Shown here: piece after piece, positions 33,607-42,407 of the stretch | Layout of the letters: each line of letters begins with the position of its first letter | Numbering within the stretch: position 1 is the first letter of the stretch | Source of the DNA: Planctomycetota bacterium | GTDB taxonomy: Bacteria; Planctomycetota; UBA1135; GCA-002686595 | Length of the DNA: 64,000 nt | Assembly (NCBI GenBank): GCA_036006425.1 | Contig: DASYPQ010000022.1 | Location: 337,938 to 401,937, forward strand | Reading direction: 5' to 3' | Notes under the pieces: generated by a model | Seen by the model: the letters and a program-made list of their open reading frames with translations, nothing else | The model's database searches: none | Told to the model about the DNA's origin: nothing | Position numbers and translations under genes: made by a program

Positions 33607-34547
33607 CCCCCACCCATGACCGTGCCCGAGATCTTGGCGCGGTACCGATCGATCTCGGCCCGCGTGCGTTCCACCTCGGTCTCGCGGGTCGCGCCCGGGT
33701 AGCCCCAGCGCACGATGTCGAAGTGCTCGAGGCGCCGGACGGTCCAGTCGAGGCAGACGCCGAGCAACCCGATCACGACCATCGAGCCGACGACGCGCTC
33801 GTAGTTGTTCGCGTTGCGCGAGTCCATGATCATGTAGCCGAGGCCCGAGTCGACGGCGATCATCTCGGCCGCGACGATCACCATCCAGGCGATGCCGAGC
33901 GCGAAGCGCAGGCTCGTGATGATCGCAGGCAAGGACGCGGGAAAGATCACGCGGCGGAAGAGCTCGAAGCCCTCGAGCCCGAAGTTCTGTGCCGATCGGA
34001 CGTAGACGGTCGGGATCGTCCGCACCGCGGTCATCGAGCCGGTCACGATCGGGAAGAAGGACGCGAGCGTGACCAGGAAGATCGCCGAAGCGTCCTTGAC
34101 ACCGAACCACAGGACCGCGAGCGGGATCCACGCGATCGGGGAGATCGGGCGCAGGGCCTGGATCAGCGGGTTGATCGCCTGCGCTCCGCGCAGGAACCAT
34201 CCCGCCCAGAGCCCGAGCGGGACGCCGATGAACACGGCGATCCCGAATCCCACCGCGATGCGGTAGATGCTCGCGACCGCGTAGCGCGCGAGCGTGCCGT
34301 CGAGGATGGGTTGGCGCATCTCGACCAGGGTCTCCCAGGGCGTCGGGAACAGCTCGATGTGCCGCACCGTGCCGTCCGCGAGGTGCAGGTCGTACGCCAT
34401 CAGCTCGCAGCTGATGTGCCATGCGCACACGAAGATGACCGCCGTCGCGAGCGGCAGGAGGACCCGCGGCAGCGGATCCCTCGCCTTGCGCGCGACGAGG
34501 ATCGTCGCCAGCGCAGCTGCGATCGCGACGAACGGCCAGGTGCTCAC
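33603..34547 (-). CDS. ABC transporter permease (NitT/TauT family)
   Basis: Six TM segments with an EAA-like loop (SAQNFGLEGFELFRRVIFPASLP). GTGA overlap with the binding-protein gene. Confidence 0.85.
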   Translation of the reverse strand: MSTWPFVAIAAALATILVARKARDPLPRVLLPLATAVIFVCAWHISCELMAYDLHLADGTVRHIELFPTPWETLVEMRQPILDGTLARYAVASIYRIAVGFGIAVFIGVPLGLWAGWFLRGAQAINPLIQALRPISPIAWIPLAVLWFGVKDASAIFLVTLASFFPIVTGSMTAVRTIPTVYVRSAQNFGLEGFELFRRVIFPASLPAIITSLRFALGIAWMVIVAAEMIAVDSGLGYMIMDSRNANNYERVVGSMVVIGLLGVCLDWTVRRLEHFDIVRWGYPGATRETEVERTRAEIDRYRAKISGTVMGGG

Positions 34548-35638
34548 TGCTTCGCGGCGTACTTCTCGACTTCGGGGAGACGGTCGCAGGGCAGGACGAT
34601 CGTCTCGAGGTCGGGTGCGAAGCTCGTGTCGCAGTACTCCTCGAATTTCATGTGCTTCGGGATGACTTTCATCTCGACGGCCAGATCCATGATCTCATCG
34701 AACCGATCTTGCGGCGGCTTGAGGCCGGTGTACTTGACGCGGTTCACGTCCTTCGTGAGCACGTAGTTCAAGAGCGCCGGCTTCTGGTTGTAGAACACGC
34801 TGCCGACGATGATCGAAGCGTCCTTGCGGTGCTGCGCGCCCTGGTCCTTGTCCGAATCGAGCCACTTGCCCGAAGCCGCGATGCCGCGCACGAGTTCCTC
34901 GACGAGCGGACGCCGTTGATCGATGACTTCCTGCCGTACGACCAGACCGCAAGAGATGAACCCGGGCCACAGCTCTCCGCACTGGTAGAGCACGCGCCCG
35001 AATCCGTCCATCTCGGCCTTCGCGGCGTGAGGCTCGCCGATGATGAACGCGTCGATCGCCTTGGCGGCGAGAGCAGCGGGGTGCTCGGGCGGCGGGAGCT
35101 CCTTCAGCGTGATGTCGCCATCGGTCATCCCGTACTTCTTCATCATGCGGTGCATGAGCAGGTTCTGGTTCGAGAAGCGGCTCGGGATGGCGACGATCTT
35201 GCCCTTGAGGTCCGTGAACTCCTTCATCGGGCTGTCGACGGGCACGATGATCGCGCTGCCATCGCGGTGACCGAGGTAGACGATCTTCACGGGTACGCCG
35301 TCGGCCGCGAGCTTCATCGCAAGCGGCGTGATCATGAACGTCGCGTCGATCTTGCGGGCGATGAGCGCTTCCTTCATCGACGGGAAGTCGGTGAACTTCT
35401 GCGCTTCGAAGACGGAGCCCGCGTCGCTGTGCTGCGTGATCCAGCTCGTGACGGGACAGGTGAGGTGGCACGTCACGGGGAGGAACCCGACCGTGAAGTG
35501 CTGGCGGACTTCCCCGGAGGCGGGAGTCGCGGACGCAGGCACGCCGGCGATGTACTCCTTCTTCTGGCCGAAGTAGCGGTTGAGGAAGAAGAGGCCGCCG
35601 AGGATGACGACCGCGGCGATGAGCAGTTTGATCTTCAT
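34544..35638 (-). CDS. ABC transporter substrate-binding protein (NMT1/THI5-like, NitT/TauT family), membrane-anchored
   Basis: Start at MKIKLLIAAVVILGGLFFL (TM anchor). Periplasmic binding fold with FTVGFLPVTCHLTCPV. Confidence 0.8.
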   Translation of the reverse strand: MKIKLLIAAVVILGGLFFLNRYFGQKKEYIAGVPASATPASGEVRQHFTVGFLPVTCHLTCPVTSWITQHSDAGSVFEAQKFTDFPSMKEALIARKIDATFMITPLAMKLAADGVPVKIVYLGHRDGSAIIVPVDSPMKEFTDLKGKIVAIPSRFSNQNLLMHRMMKKYGMTDGDITLKELPPPEHPAALAAKAIDAFIIGEPHAAKAEMDGFGRVLYQCGELWPGFISCGLVVRQEVIDQRRPLVEELVRGIAASGKWLDSDKDQGAQHRKDASIIVGSVFYNQKPALLNYVLTKDVNRVKYTGLKPPQDRFDEIMDLAVEMKVIPKHMKFEEYCDTSFAPDLETIVLPCDRLPEVEKYAAKQ

Positions 35639-35816
35639 GTTCGAGAACCGTGTGGCCTGACGAGGCGGATGGAGCGCGGGCGCGGCGACCGGCAGGTCGC
35701 CGGGGGAATCTCGATGGATTGTCCCGCGCTGACGAAGCGCGCGCCACCGCGGATTCCTCGGAGCGCGCGCGCGTAGAAGATAAGCCCGAGTCGTGAATCC
35801 TATGACTCGGTCGATC

Positions 35817-36427
35817 TCACATCGCCACCGTCGATCCCAGGCTGAAAACGTCGACGTCGAGGGCCGAATCGTCGTTCTTCGACGTGTCGAACTGGAACGC
35901 CCATTCACAGCGCGACCGCGGACGAACCTCGAGCACGATCGAGTCCACCGACGTGCTCATGTCGTCGTCGAGCGACTGCACTTGCGCCGCGGCTTCCCAC
36001 GCATCCGGCACGAACGCGTAGCCGATCGGGCCCAGGTGGTCCAACTGCTCCTTCGTCATCACGGTCAGCTTGACGCCGAGCTTCGCGAAGTGGAGGCGCG
36101 CGACGCGCTCGTCGAGGCGCTTCGGGAGCGTGTACACCTTCTTCCCGTACAGCGACGCGTTCTGGAAGAGCCGATCTGCGCCATGACCTGGTTCGTGAAG
36201 CTCACCGATATGACGAACCTCGGGTGCCCGGTCGCGCAGCCGAGGTTCAGGAGGGGCCTTTCGGCGAGCACGATCACCGAGTGGCCGCCCGGCAACTTCC
36301 ACTCGTCGACCTGCGGCTCGACGTTGATCCGCTGGATGCCGGGGAACTTCGCCTGCGCGGCCATGTCGATCGCGTTGTCGAAGTGACCGATGTTCCCGAC
36401 GATCGCGTTGTGCTTCATCTTCGACAT
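35817..36427 (-). pseudogene. ahcY: remnant of S-adenosyl-L-homocysteine hydrolase: C-terminal third only, 1-nt frameshift, divergent tail
   Basis: [19 protein letters not shown]...[32 protein letters not shown], then after a 1-nt deletion near 36170-36174 the other frame continues [36 protein letters not shown]. The N-terminal ~300 aa of AhcY are absent. Confidence 0.7.
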
Positions 36428-36613
36428 GTGCTCGGCGGTCAGGTTCCAGTTCTCTGCCCAATCAAGTTCGGGAATCGCGGACTCGACGCGGATCCGAGAG
36501 GCTCGCGCTTAACACATCTTCGACATGTGCTCGGCGGTCAGGATCCAGTTCTCTGCCTAATCAAGTTCGGGAATCGCGGACTCGACGCGGATCCGAGAGG
36601 CTCGCGCGCAACA
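36416..36613. repeat. 2 x 99-bp tandem direct repeat at the truncated 5' edge of the ahcY remnant
   Basis: Units 36416-36514 and 36515-36613 differ at about 4 positions. Each unit contains the AEHMSKM-coding edge of the remnant. Confidence 0.85.
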
Positions 36614-36841
36614 CATCGAGCTCGCGATCGAGGCTCGTCCACGTTTCCTCGTGCGTACACGCAGCGGACGCGACGACGACGACCGCCGACACGACGCGCA
36701 AGCTGCCTTTCGTGGGCGCGGATTCTGTCGCGCGCTCGCACGCGTATCGAGCAGGAATCCACTCGCGCGGCGGCATGATCCCTACGCGCGGCGCGCACGA
36801 AGTACGACGTCGCGGAGCAGCGACTGCTAGCATGTCCTTCC

Positions 36842-38227
36842 ATGGCCGCGCGGAACCAAACCCAGCTCAAACGCCCGTTTCAGCACTTCCGTCTCGTGCT
36901 GTTCTTCCTCGGCGTCGCCGTGCTCGGCGTGGGCACGGGGCTCTGGCGCGTGCAGCGGCTCGGCGCGTCGCCTCGACTCGCGGACGTCGAGTGGATCGTC
37001 GGGTCGACCGCGGTCCTGACGGCGCTCGTCGGCTTCGTCGGCGTCTTCGTGCACCGCTTGAGCATCCTCCCGGTGCGCTGGCGCGAGACGGAGAAATACC
37101 TGATCGCGATCCGCCGCGAGTCGCAGAACTACCGCGCGCTCATGGAAGGCGCCGCGGACATGCTGCTCGTCGTCGATCCGGACAACGGCCGCGTGCGCGA
37201 GTGCAACGCCCGCGCGCGTGAGGAGATCGACCTCCCCGCGGGCTACACGAAGAACTTCGGCGTCGCGTCGATCGTGCTCGACGCCGACCTCCAACGCTTC
37301 TCGGACGCTCTCCACGAGGCCGTGTCGTCCCCAGGCCTCGCGGCATCGCTCACGGAGATCCGCCTGAAGGCGAAGGAGGGACGGACGCTCGTCGCCGACG
37401 CGCGACTCGCCGGGATCGCGCTCGAGGACGAGCGCGTCGTCCAGGTCGCGCTCCGCGACCTGACGCGGCAGAAGGAGATGGAAAAGCGGCTGCAGATCCA
37501 CGAACGCCTCTCCTCGATCGGGCTCCTCACCGCCGGCGTCGCGCACGAGATCAACAATCCGCTCGAGGGCATCGGCAACTACCTCGCGCTGCTCGAGCGC
37601 GAAGGCGGCGACGTCGAGACGCGGCGACGGCACCTCGAGCTCGTGCGTCACGGCTTCTCGCGCATCCGCGAGATCGTCCGCGACCTGCTGCGCTTCGCCC
37701 GCCCGGCCGCGGGATCCGGCGACGCCGACCTCGCCGCGGTCGTCGAGAGCGCGAAGAAGCTCGCCGCCTACTCCGACCGCTTCAAGGGCGTCGCCGTCGT
37801 CGTCGAGGGGCTCGAGACGCCGCTGCTCGTCGACGGGGACGCCGGCCGGCTCGAGCAGGTCGTCGTGAACCTCCTCTTGAACGCCGCGACCGCGATGAAG
37901 TCGAAGGGGAGGATCCTCGTCCGCGCGCGCCGGATCGCCTCGGGCGAACGCGGCACGGGCGAGATCGAGCTCTCCGTGGCGGACGAAGGGCGCGGGATCC
38001 CTCCGGGTGACCTCGCGCGGATCTTCGATCCGTTCTTCACGACGACGCAGGGCACGGGGCTCGGCCTCTCGGTCTCGTACGGAATCGTCCGCGCGCACGG
38101 CGGCAATCTCGCAGTCCGGAACCTCGAGGGCGGCGGAGCCGAGTTCACGATCCACCTGCCGGCCGCGGCGAGCGGCGCGAAGACGCGGTCGCTCCAGCCG
38201 ATCGAAGAGGAAAGGAAGCGCGCATGA
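36842..38227 (+). CDS. membrane sensor histidine kinase (2 TM, PAS, HisKA, HATPase_c)
   Basis: H-box GVAHEINNPLEGI, N-box NLLLNAATA, G-boxes DEGRGI and GTGLGLSVS. Confidence 0.85.
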   Translation: MAARNQTQLKRPFQHFRLVLFFLGVAVLGVGTGLWRVQRLGASPRLADVEWIVGSTAVLTALVGFVGVFVHRLSILPVRWRETEKYLIAIRRESQNYRALMEGAADMLLVVDPDNGRVRECNARAREEIDLPAGYTKNFGVASIVLDADLQRFSDALHEAVSSPGLAASLTEIRLKAKEGRTLVADARLAGIALEDERVVQVALRDLTRQKEMEKRLQIHERLSSIGLLTAGVAHEINNPLEGIGNYLALLEREGGDVETRRRHLELVRHGFSRIREIVRDLLRFARPAAGSGDADLAAVVESAKKLAAYSDRFKGVAVVVEGLETPLLVDGDAGRLEQVVVNLLLNAATAMKSKGRILVRARRIASGERGTGEIELSVADEGRGIPPGDLARIFDPFFTTTQGTGLGLSVSYGIVRAHGGNLAVRNLEGGGAEFTIHLPAAASGAKTRSLQPIEEERKRA

Positions 38228-39642
38228 ACTCCGGCCCGAAGTCGGGTGCGAACAGCGGATCGAGCATCCTCGTCGTCGACGACGAGGCCTTCGTGCGCGA
38301 TTCGATCACGGAGGTGCTGCGCTCCGACGGCTGGAACACGCACGCGGCGAGCGGAGCGCAGGGCGCGGTCGAGTTCCTCGCGCGGGAAGCCGTCGACGTG
38401 ATCGTCACGGACCTCCGGATGCCGGAAGGCGACGCGTTCCTGCTCCTCGAGCACGCGCGCAAGGCCGCCGTCGAGATCCCGATTGTCGTGATCACGGGCG
38501 TCGGAACCGTCTCGGAGGCGGTCCGCGCGATGAAGGCTGGCGCGTACGATTTCCTGCAGAAACCGGTCGATCCGGAGGAGCTCGTGCTGCTCGTGCGCCG
38601 CGCCGCGGAGCACCGCCAGCTCCTCGGCGAAGTGAAGTGGCTCCGCGAGACGGTGAAGGGACTGCGCGCGCCGCGGCTCCTCGTCGGCCGTTCCGAGCAG
38701 ATGGAGCGCGTGCGCGCCCTCGTCGCCCAGGTCGCGCCGACGGACGCGACCGTTCTGCTCGAGGGAGAGAGCGGCACCGGGAAGCAGCTCGCCGCCGAGG
38801 AGATCCACCGGCAGAGCGGGCGCGCCTCGAGGCCGCTCGTCCGCGTGCACTGCGCGGCGAGTTCCGAGGAGGCGTTCGAGCGCGAGCTCTTCGGTCACGC
38901 GGACGGCGGAGCCGGCGCGCTGGCGGCGGCGCAGGGCGGGACGCTCGTGCTCGACGAGGTCGGCGTGCTGACGCCGGCGCTGCAGAAGAAGCTCCTGCAC
39001 GTGCTCGAGGCCGGCGAAGGCCGCGCCGCCGACGCTCCGCGGACGGACGTCCGCCTGGTCGCGATCACGAACGAGGATCTCGCCGCGCGCGTCAAGGCCG
39101 GCGAGTTCCGGGCGGACCTGTACTGGCGCCTCGACGTGTTCCCGATCGGGATGCCGCCCCTGCGCGAGCACAAGGGAGACATCCCGGAGATCGTCGAGCA
39201 CTTCCTCGCGTGGGCGAGCCACGAACGGACCGGATCCGGACTCGGCGCGGTCCACACGAACGGCGGCGGCCCGCGCGTCACGGCCGAGGCGTTCGAGGTG
39301 CTCGCGACGTACGGCTGGCCCGGGAACGTCCGCGAGCTGCGCAACGTCCTCGAGCGCGCGGTGATCCTCGCGGGAGAGCGCGAGCTCGACGCGCCGCTCT
39401 TCCGCGGCATCCTCGAATCGGCGCTCGCTCCGGCCCAGCAGCTGACCGGAGCGCGGGAGCTGCACCTGCGCCGCAACCTCGACGCCGCGGAGAAGGAGAT
39501 CCTGCTGCGGGCGCTCGCCCAGACGCAGGGTCGCAAGAAGGAGGCGGCGCTGCTCCTCGGCATCGATCCGCGCAATCTGGGCTACTACCTGCGCAAACAC
39601 GGCATCGCGGACACGAAGTCCCGCGAGGACGGCGACGACTGA
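38224..39642 (+). CDS. NtrC-family response regulator (REC, AAA+, Fis-type HTH) lacking the GAFTGA loop
   Basis: ATGA overlap with the kinase gene. REC domain with VVDDE...TDLRMP. Walker A GESGTGK, WPGNVRELRN, HTH EAALLLGIDPRNLGYYLRKHGI. Where ELFGHEKGAFTGA is expected the protein reads ELFGHADGGAGALAAAQGGTL. Confidence 0.85.
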   Translation: MNSGPKSGANSGSSILVVDDEAFVRDSITEVLRSDGWNTHAASGAQGAVEFLAREAVDVIVTDLRMPEGDAFLLLEHARKAAVEIPIVVITGVGTVSEAVRAMKAGAYDFLQKPVDPEELVLLVRRAAEHRQLLGEVKWLRETVKGLRAPRLLVGRSEQMERVRALVAQVAPTDATVLLEGESGTGKQLAAEEIHRQSGRASRPLVRVHCAASSEEAFERELFGHADGGAGALAAAQGGTLVLDEVGVLTPALQKKLLHVLEAGEGRAADAPRTDVRLVAITNEDLAARVKAGEFRADLYWRLDVFPIGMPPLREHKGDIPEIVEHFLAWASHERTGSGLGAVHTNGGGPRVTAEAFEVLATYGWPGNVRELRNVLERAVILAGERELDAPLFRGILESALAPAQQLTGARELHLRRNLDAAEKEILLRALAQTQGRKKEAALLLGIDPRNLGYYLRKHGIADTKSREDGDD

Positions 39643-39709
39643 GCCCGGCGAAACCCTGCTCACTGGTCCGCGCGCGACTCCCACGGTAGAACGAGTACTG
39701 GCGACTTCC

Positions 39710-42325
39710 GTGCGTATTGCAATCTCCATCGTGGCGGCGTGCGTCTGCTCGGCGACGGCCGCGCTCGCTCAGATCCCCCACGCGGGCCCCGACCAGACGC
39801 TGCTCTACCCGGCGCCCGCGGTGCTCGCCGGCACGGTCGAGGGCGGCGAACCGCTCCGATGGTGGACCGGCGACGGCAACGGACTCTTCGAGAACTATCT
39901 CTTCCGCTACGACGAGGAGACCGGAGTGACGCCCGTCGGACCGCTCCGGACGGCAGGCAGCGGGACGTTCGGGTTCCCGACGGACCTCGTACGCATCGGG
40001 ACGGTCGTGTACGGGCTCGACGCGCTGCGACGCCAGATCTACACCGTCGATCTCGCGACCGGCATCGTGTCGCCGATCGGAACGGCCTGGCCGGCGACCT
40101 ACGCCGACGTCGAGTCGATGACCTACGACCCGGTCGGGGACCGTCTGTTCGCCGTCGACCGCGCGACGCAGCAACTCCTCCGGATCGACCGGTCGAACAA
40201 CGCGGTCACGCCCATCGGCGCGAACACGCTCTCGGCGTTTCCCGAGATCCATTCGCTCGCCTGGCGCGCGTCCGACAGCCGGCTCTACGCCGTCGACCAG
40301 TCGTCGAACGCCATGCTCCGGATCGATCCCGCCACGGGCACGCCGGCGATCCTGTCGCACCTGCCCGCGGATCCGACCGGGAGGATCGAGGAACTCGAGT
40401 TCGTCGGCAACCGCCTGTACGGGGTCCTCGCCATCGACAACGGGCTCACGCTGGTCTCGGCGCGCCTCCAACGGGTCGATCCCGAGCACGGCGTGCTCAT
40501 GAACGTCGGCCCGATCGTGAACCAGGTCTCGGCGCTGTGCCTCCTCGTGGATTCGCTGCCCGAGGACCACGTGTGGTCGAAGCTCTCCGGACCGGGGAAC
40601 GCGGTCTTCTCGGACCCCTACTCGCTGACGCCGACGGTGACGTTCTCGGCTCCGGGCACCTACGTGCTCAAGCTCAAGATGCTCTCGGGTTCGGGCCAGT
40701 CGTTCGACACGGTCACGATCACGCAGACGGAATGGAGCATCTTCACGCCGGACAGCGAGACGCACACGATCTACGTGTCGAGCTCGACGGGGAACGACGC
40801 GTGGAACGGCTTCGCGCCGGACCACTCGGAAGGAGGCGTCAGCGGACCGAAGGCGTCGATGCTCGCCGCCGCGCGGCTCCTGCGGGACGGCTACCCGGAC
40901 TGGCTGCTCTTCAAGGCCGGCGACACATTCGTCGGCAGCATCCAGGATGGCGTCGTCACCGACCACTGGGTCAAGCAAGGGCGTTCGGCGTCGGATCCGA
41001 TGCTCATCTCGAGCTACGGCAGCGGCGCGCGACCGCTGATCGCCTCCGGCACCGCCGACGGCCTGCGGACGTGGAACCAGCTCTACAACGGCCATTACGC
41101 TTCGAACCTCGCGATCGTCGGGCTCGACTTCCACGCGCACACCTACACCGGCGGGAGCGAGAACCCGCACGGTCTGTGGCTGCTCGGAGGCGGCGCGAAC
41201 CTGCTCGTCGAGGATTGCCGGTTCCGCGGCTACACCGGGAACATCGTCATCGGCAGCGACAGTCAGGGCGGCGCCGGGACCCTGACGAACGTCCTCATCC
41301 GGAGGAACGTGATCGTCGACGCGTACACGACGGTCCAGGACGGGGGCGCGCAGGGTCTCTACGCGTCCGACGTGCACGGGCTCGCCGTCCTGGAGAACGT
41401 CTTCGACCACAACGGCTGGGTCGACTCGATCCCCGGCTCCGGTCCGAACTGGTTCCGACGCAACGTCTACATCCAGAACGGGTGCACCGGCGTCGTGTTC
41501 CGCGGGAACATCCTCGCGGGCACGGACGGACTCCAGCAGCGGCCGGGAGGAATCTGCGAGGACAACCTCTTCCTCCGCAATGCGCTCGCGCTGCAGTTCG
41601 GCAGCGGCAACACGCCGGAGCCGGAAGGAGTCACCGGAGCCGTCCGCCGGAACGTGATCCTCGACGGCCGCGACCTGCAATCGGGGAGTCCGCGCGGCTG
41701 GGGGCTCATCATCGGCAACGCGGTCAACACGAGCGTCGACTACAACGTCGTGGCGCACAACGTCGGCGGGACGGCGCCCGATCCGTACGTCTTGAACTTC
41801 GACAACGGTCACGGCAACCCGGTCGGGCTGCAGGACGTGGTCTTCGATCACAACGTCATCTACGACTGGAGCAGCACGGGTCGCGGCGCGCAGCTCGCGT
41901 CGTACCAGACCAACACGATCGTGAACCTCGTGTTGACGAACAACGACGTCCAGAACACGGTCGACACGACGTACCTGCTCGCCCTCAGCGCGCCGACGCG
42001 CGACATCCTCGGCCAGATCCACGGCGCCGGCAATCGCTGGTTCCGCAGCTCCGGGAACGCGAACCGGATGTTCCAGCTCAACAGCGTGGACATGAGCTTC
42101 CAGCTGTTCACGTCGTCGATCGGCGACTCGACCTCGACGTTCGGCGCCGTCGAGAACTACCCCGATCCCACGCGGACGATCGGCTCCTACCACGCGTCGA
42201 TCGGCGGCACGGCGACGCTCGACGCCTTCATGGCGGAAGCGCGGCTGCAGTCCAAGGCGAACTGGCGGTCGCAGTACACCGCGCAGGCCGTGAACACGTA
42301 CATCCGCGCGGGATTCGGCCTCTGA
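39710..42325 (+). CDS. secreted right-handed beta-helix protein with N-terminal propeller-like repeats and a PKD-like domain (paralogue A)
   Basis: Signal peptide MRIAISIVAACVCSATAALA. Repeated L(Y/F)(A/G)VD....L.RID motifs. Long parallel beta-helix region (NVIVDAY..., ENVFDHNGW..., RNVYIQNG..., GNILAGTDG...). Confidence 0.75.
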   Translation: MRIAISIVAACVCSATAALAQIPHAGPDQTLLYPAPAVLAGTVEGGEPLRWWTGDGNGLFENYLFRYDEETGVTPVGPLRTAGSGTFGFPTDLVRIGTVVYGLDALRRQIYTVDLATGIVSPIGTAWPATYADVESMTYDPVGDRLFAVDRATQQLLRIDRSNNAVTPIGANTLSAFPEIHSLAWRASDSRLYAVDQSSNAMLRIDPATGTPAILSHLPADPTGRIEELEFVGNRLYGVLAIDNGLTLVSARLQRVDPEHGVLMNVGPIVNQVSALCLLVDSLPEDHVWSKLSGPGNAVFSDPYSLTPTVTFSAPGTYVLKLKMLSGSGQSFDTVTITQTEWSIFTPDSETHTIYVSSSTGNDAWNGFAPDHSEGGVSGPKASMLAAARLLRDGYPDWLLFKAGDTFVGSIQDGVVTDHWVKQGRSASDPMLISSYGSGARPLIASGTADGLRTWNQLYNGHYASNLAIVGLDFHAHTYTGGSENPHGLWLLGGGANLLVEDCRFRGYTGNIVIGSDSQGGAGTLTNVLIRRNVIVDAYTTVQDGGAQGLYASDVHGLAVLENVFDHNGWVDSIPGSGPNWFRRNVYIQNGCTGVVFRGNILAGTDGLQQRPGGICEDNLFLRNALALQFGSGNTPEPEGVTGAVRRNVILDGRDLQSGSPRGWGLIIGNAVNTSVDYNVVAHNVGGTAPDPYVLNFDNGHGNPVGLQDVVFDHNVIYDWSSTGRGAQLASYQTNTIVNLVLTNNDVQNTVDTTYLLALSAPTRDILGQIHGAGNRWFRSSGNANRMFQLNSVDMSFQLFTSSIGDSTSTFGAVENYPDPTRTIGSYHASIGGTATLDAFMAEARLQSKANWRSQYTAQAVNTYIRAGFGL

Positions 42326-42332
42326 GAACGAA

Positions 42333-42387
42333 CTCACCCCGCTCGTCGCGGGGTGAGTGTGAGTCTCGCTGCCCGCAACCGCGGGCA
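42333..42387. terminator. two hairpins between the convergent paralogues
   Basis: CTCACCCCGC-TCGTC-GCGGGGTGAG (42333-42357) and TGCCCGC-AACC-GCGGGCA (42370-42387). Confidence 0.55.
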
Positions 42388-42407
42388 ACGTCCGTCGCGG
42401 GATCGCC

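Noticed and set aside
36561-36833. A 90-aa minus-strand ORF with a lipoprotein-like stretch (RVVSAVVVVASAAC) next to the tandem repeat.
   Set aside because: It runs into the 99-bp repeat units and has no RBS or recognisable domain. It lies in the decayed region around the ahcY remnant and is more likely a relic or chance ORF.
39699-39713. Sigma54-like TGGCGA-N5-GTGC with correct -24/-12 spacing just upstream of beta-helix paralogue A.
   Set aside because: The -12 element is the GTG start codon itself (39710), and that start yields a good signal peptide. A transcript starting ~12 nt downstream would lack the start. In addition, the neighbouring activator lacks the GAFTGA loop.
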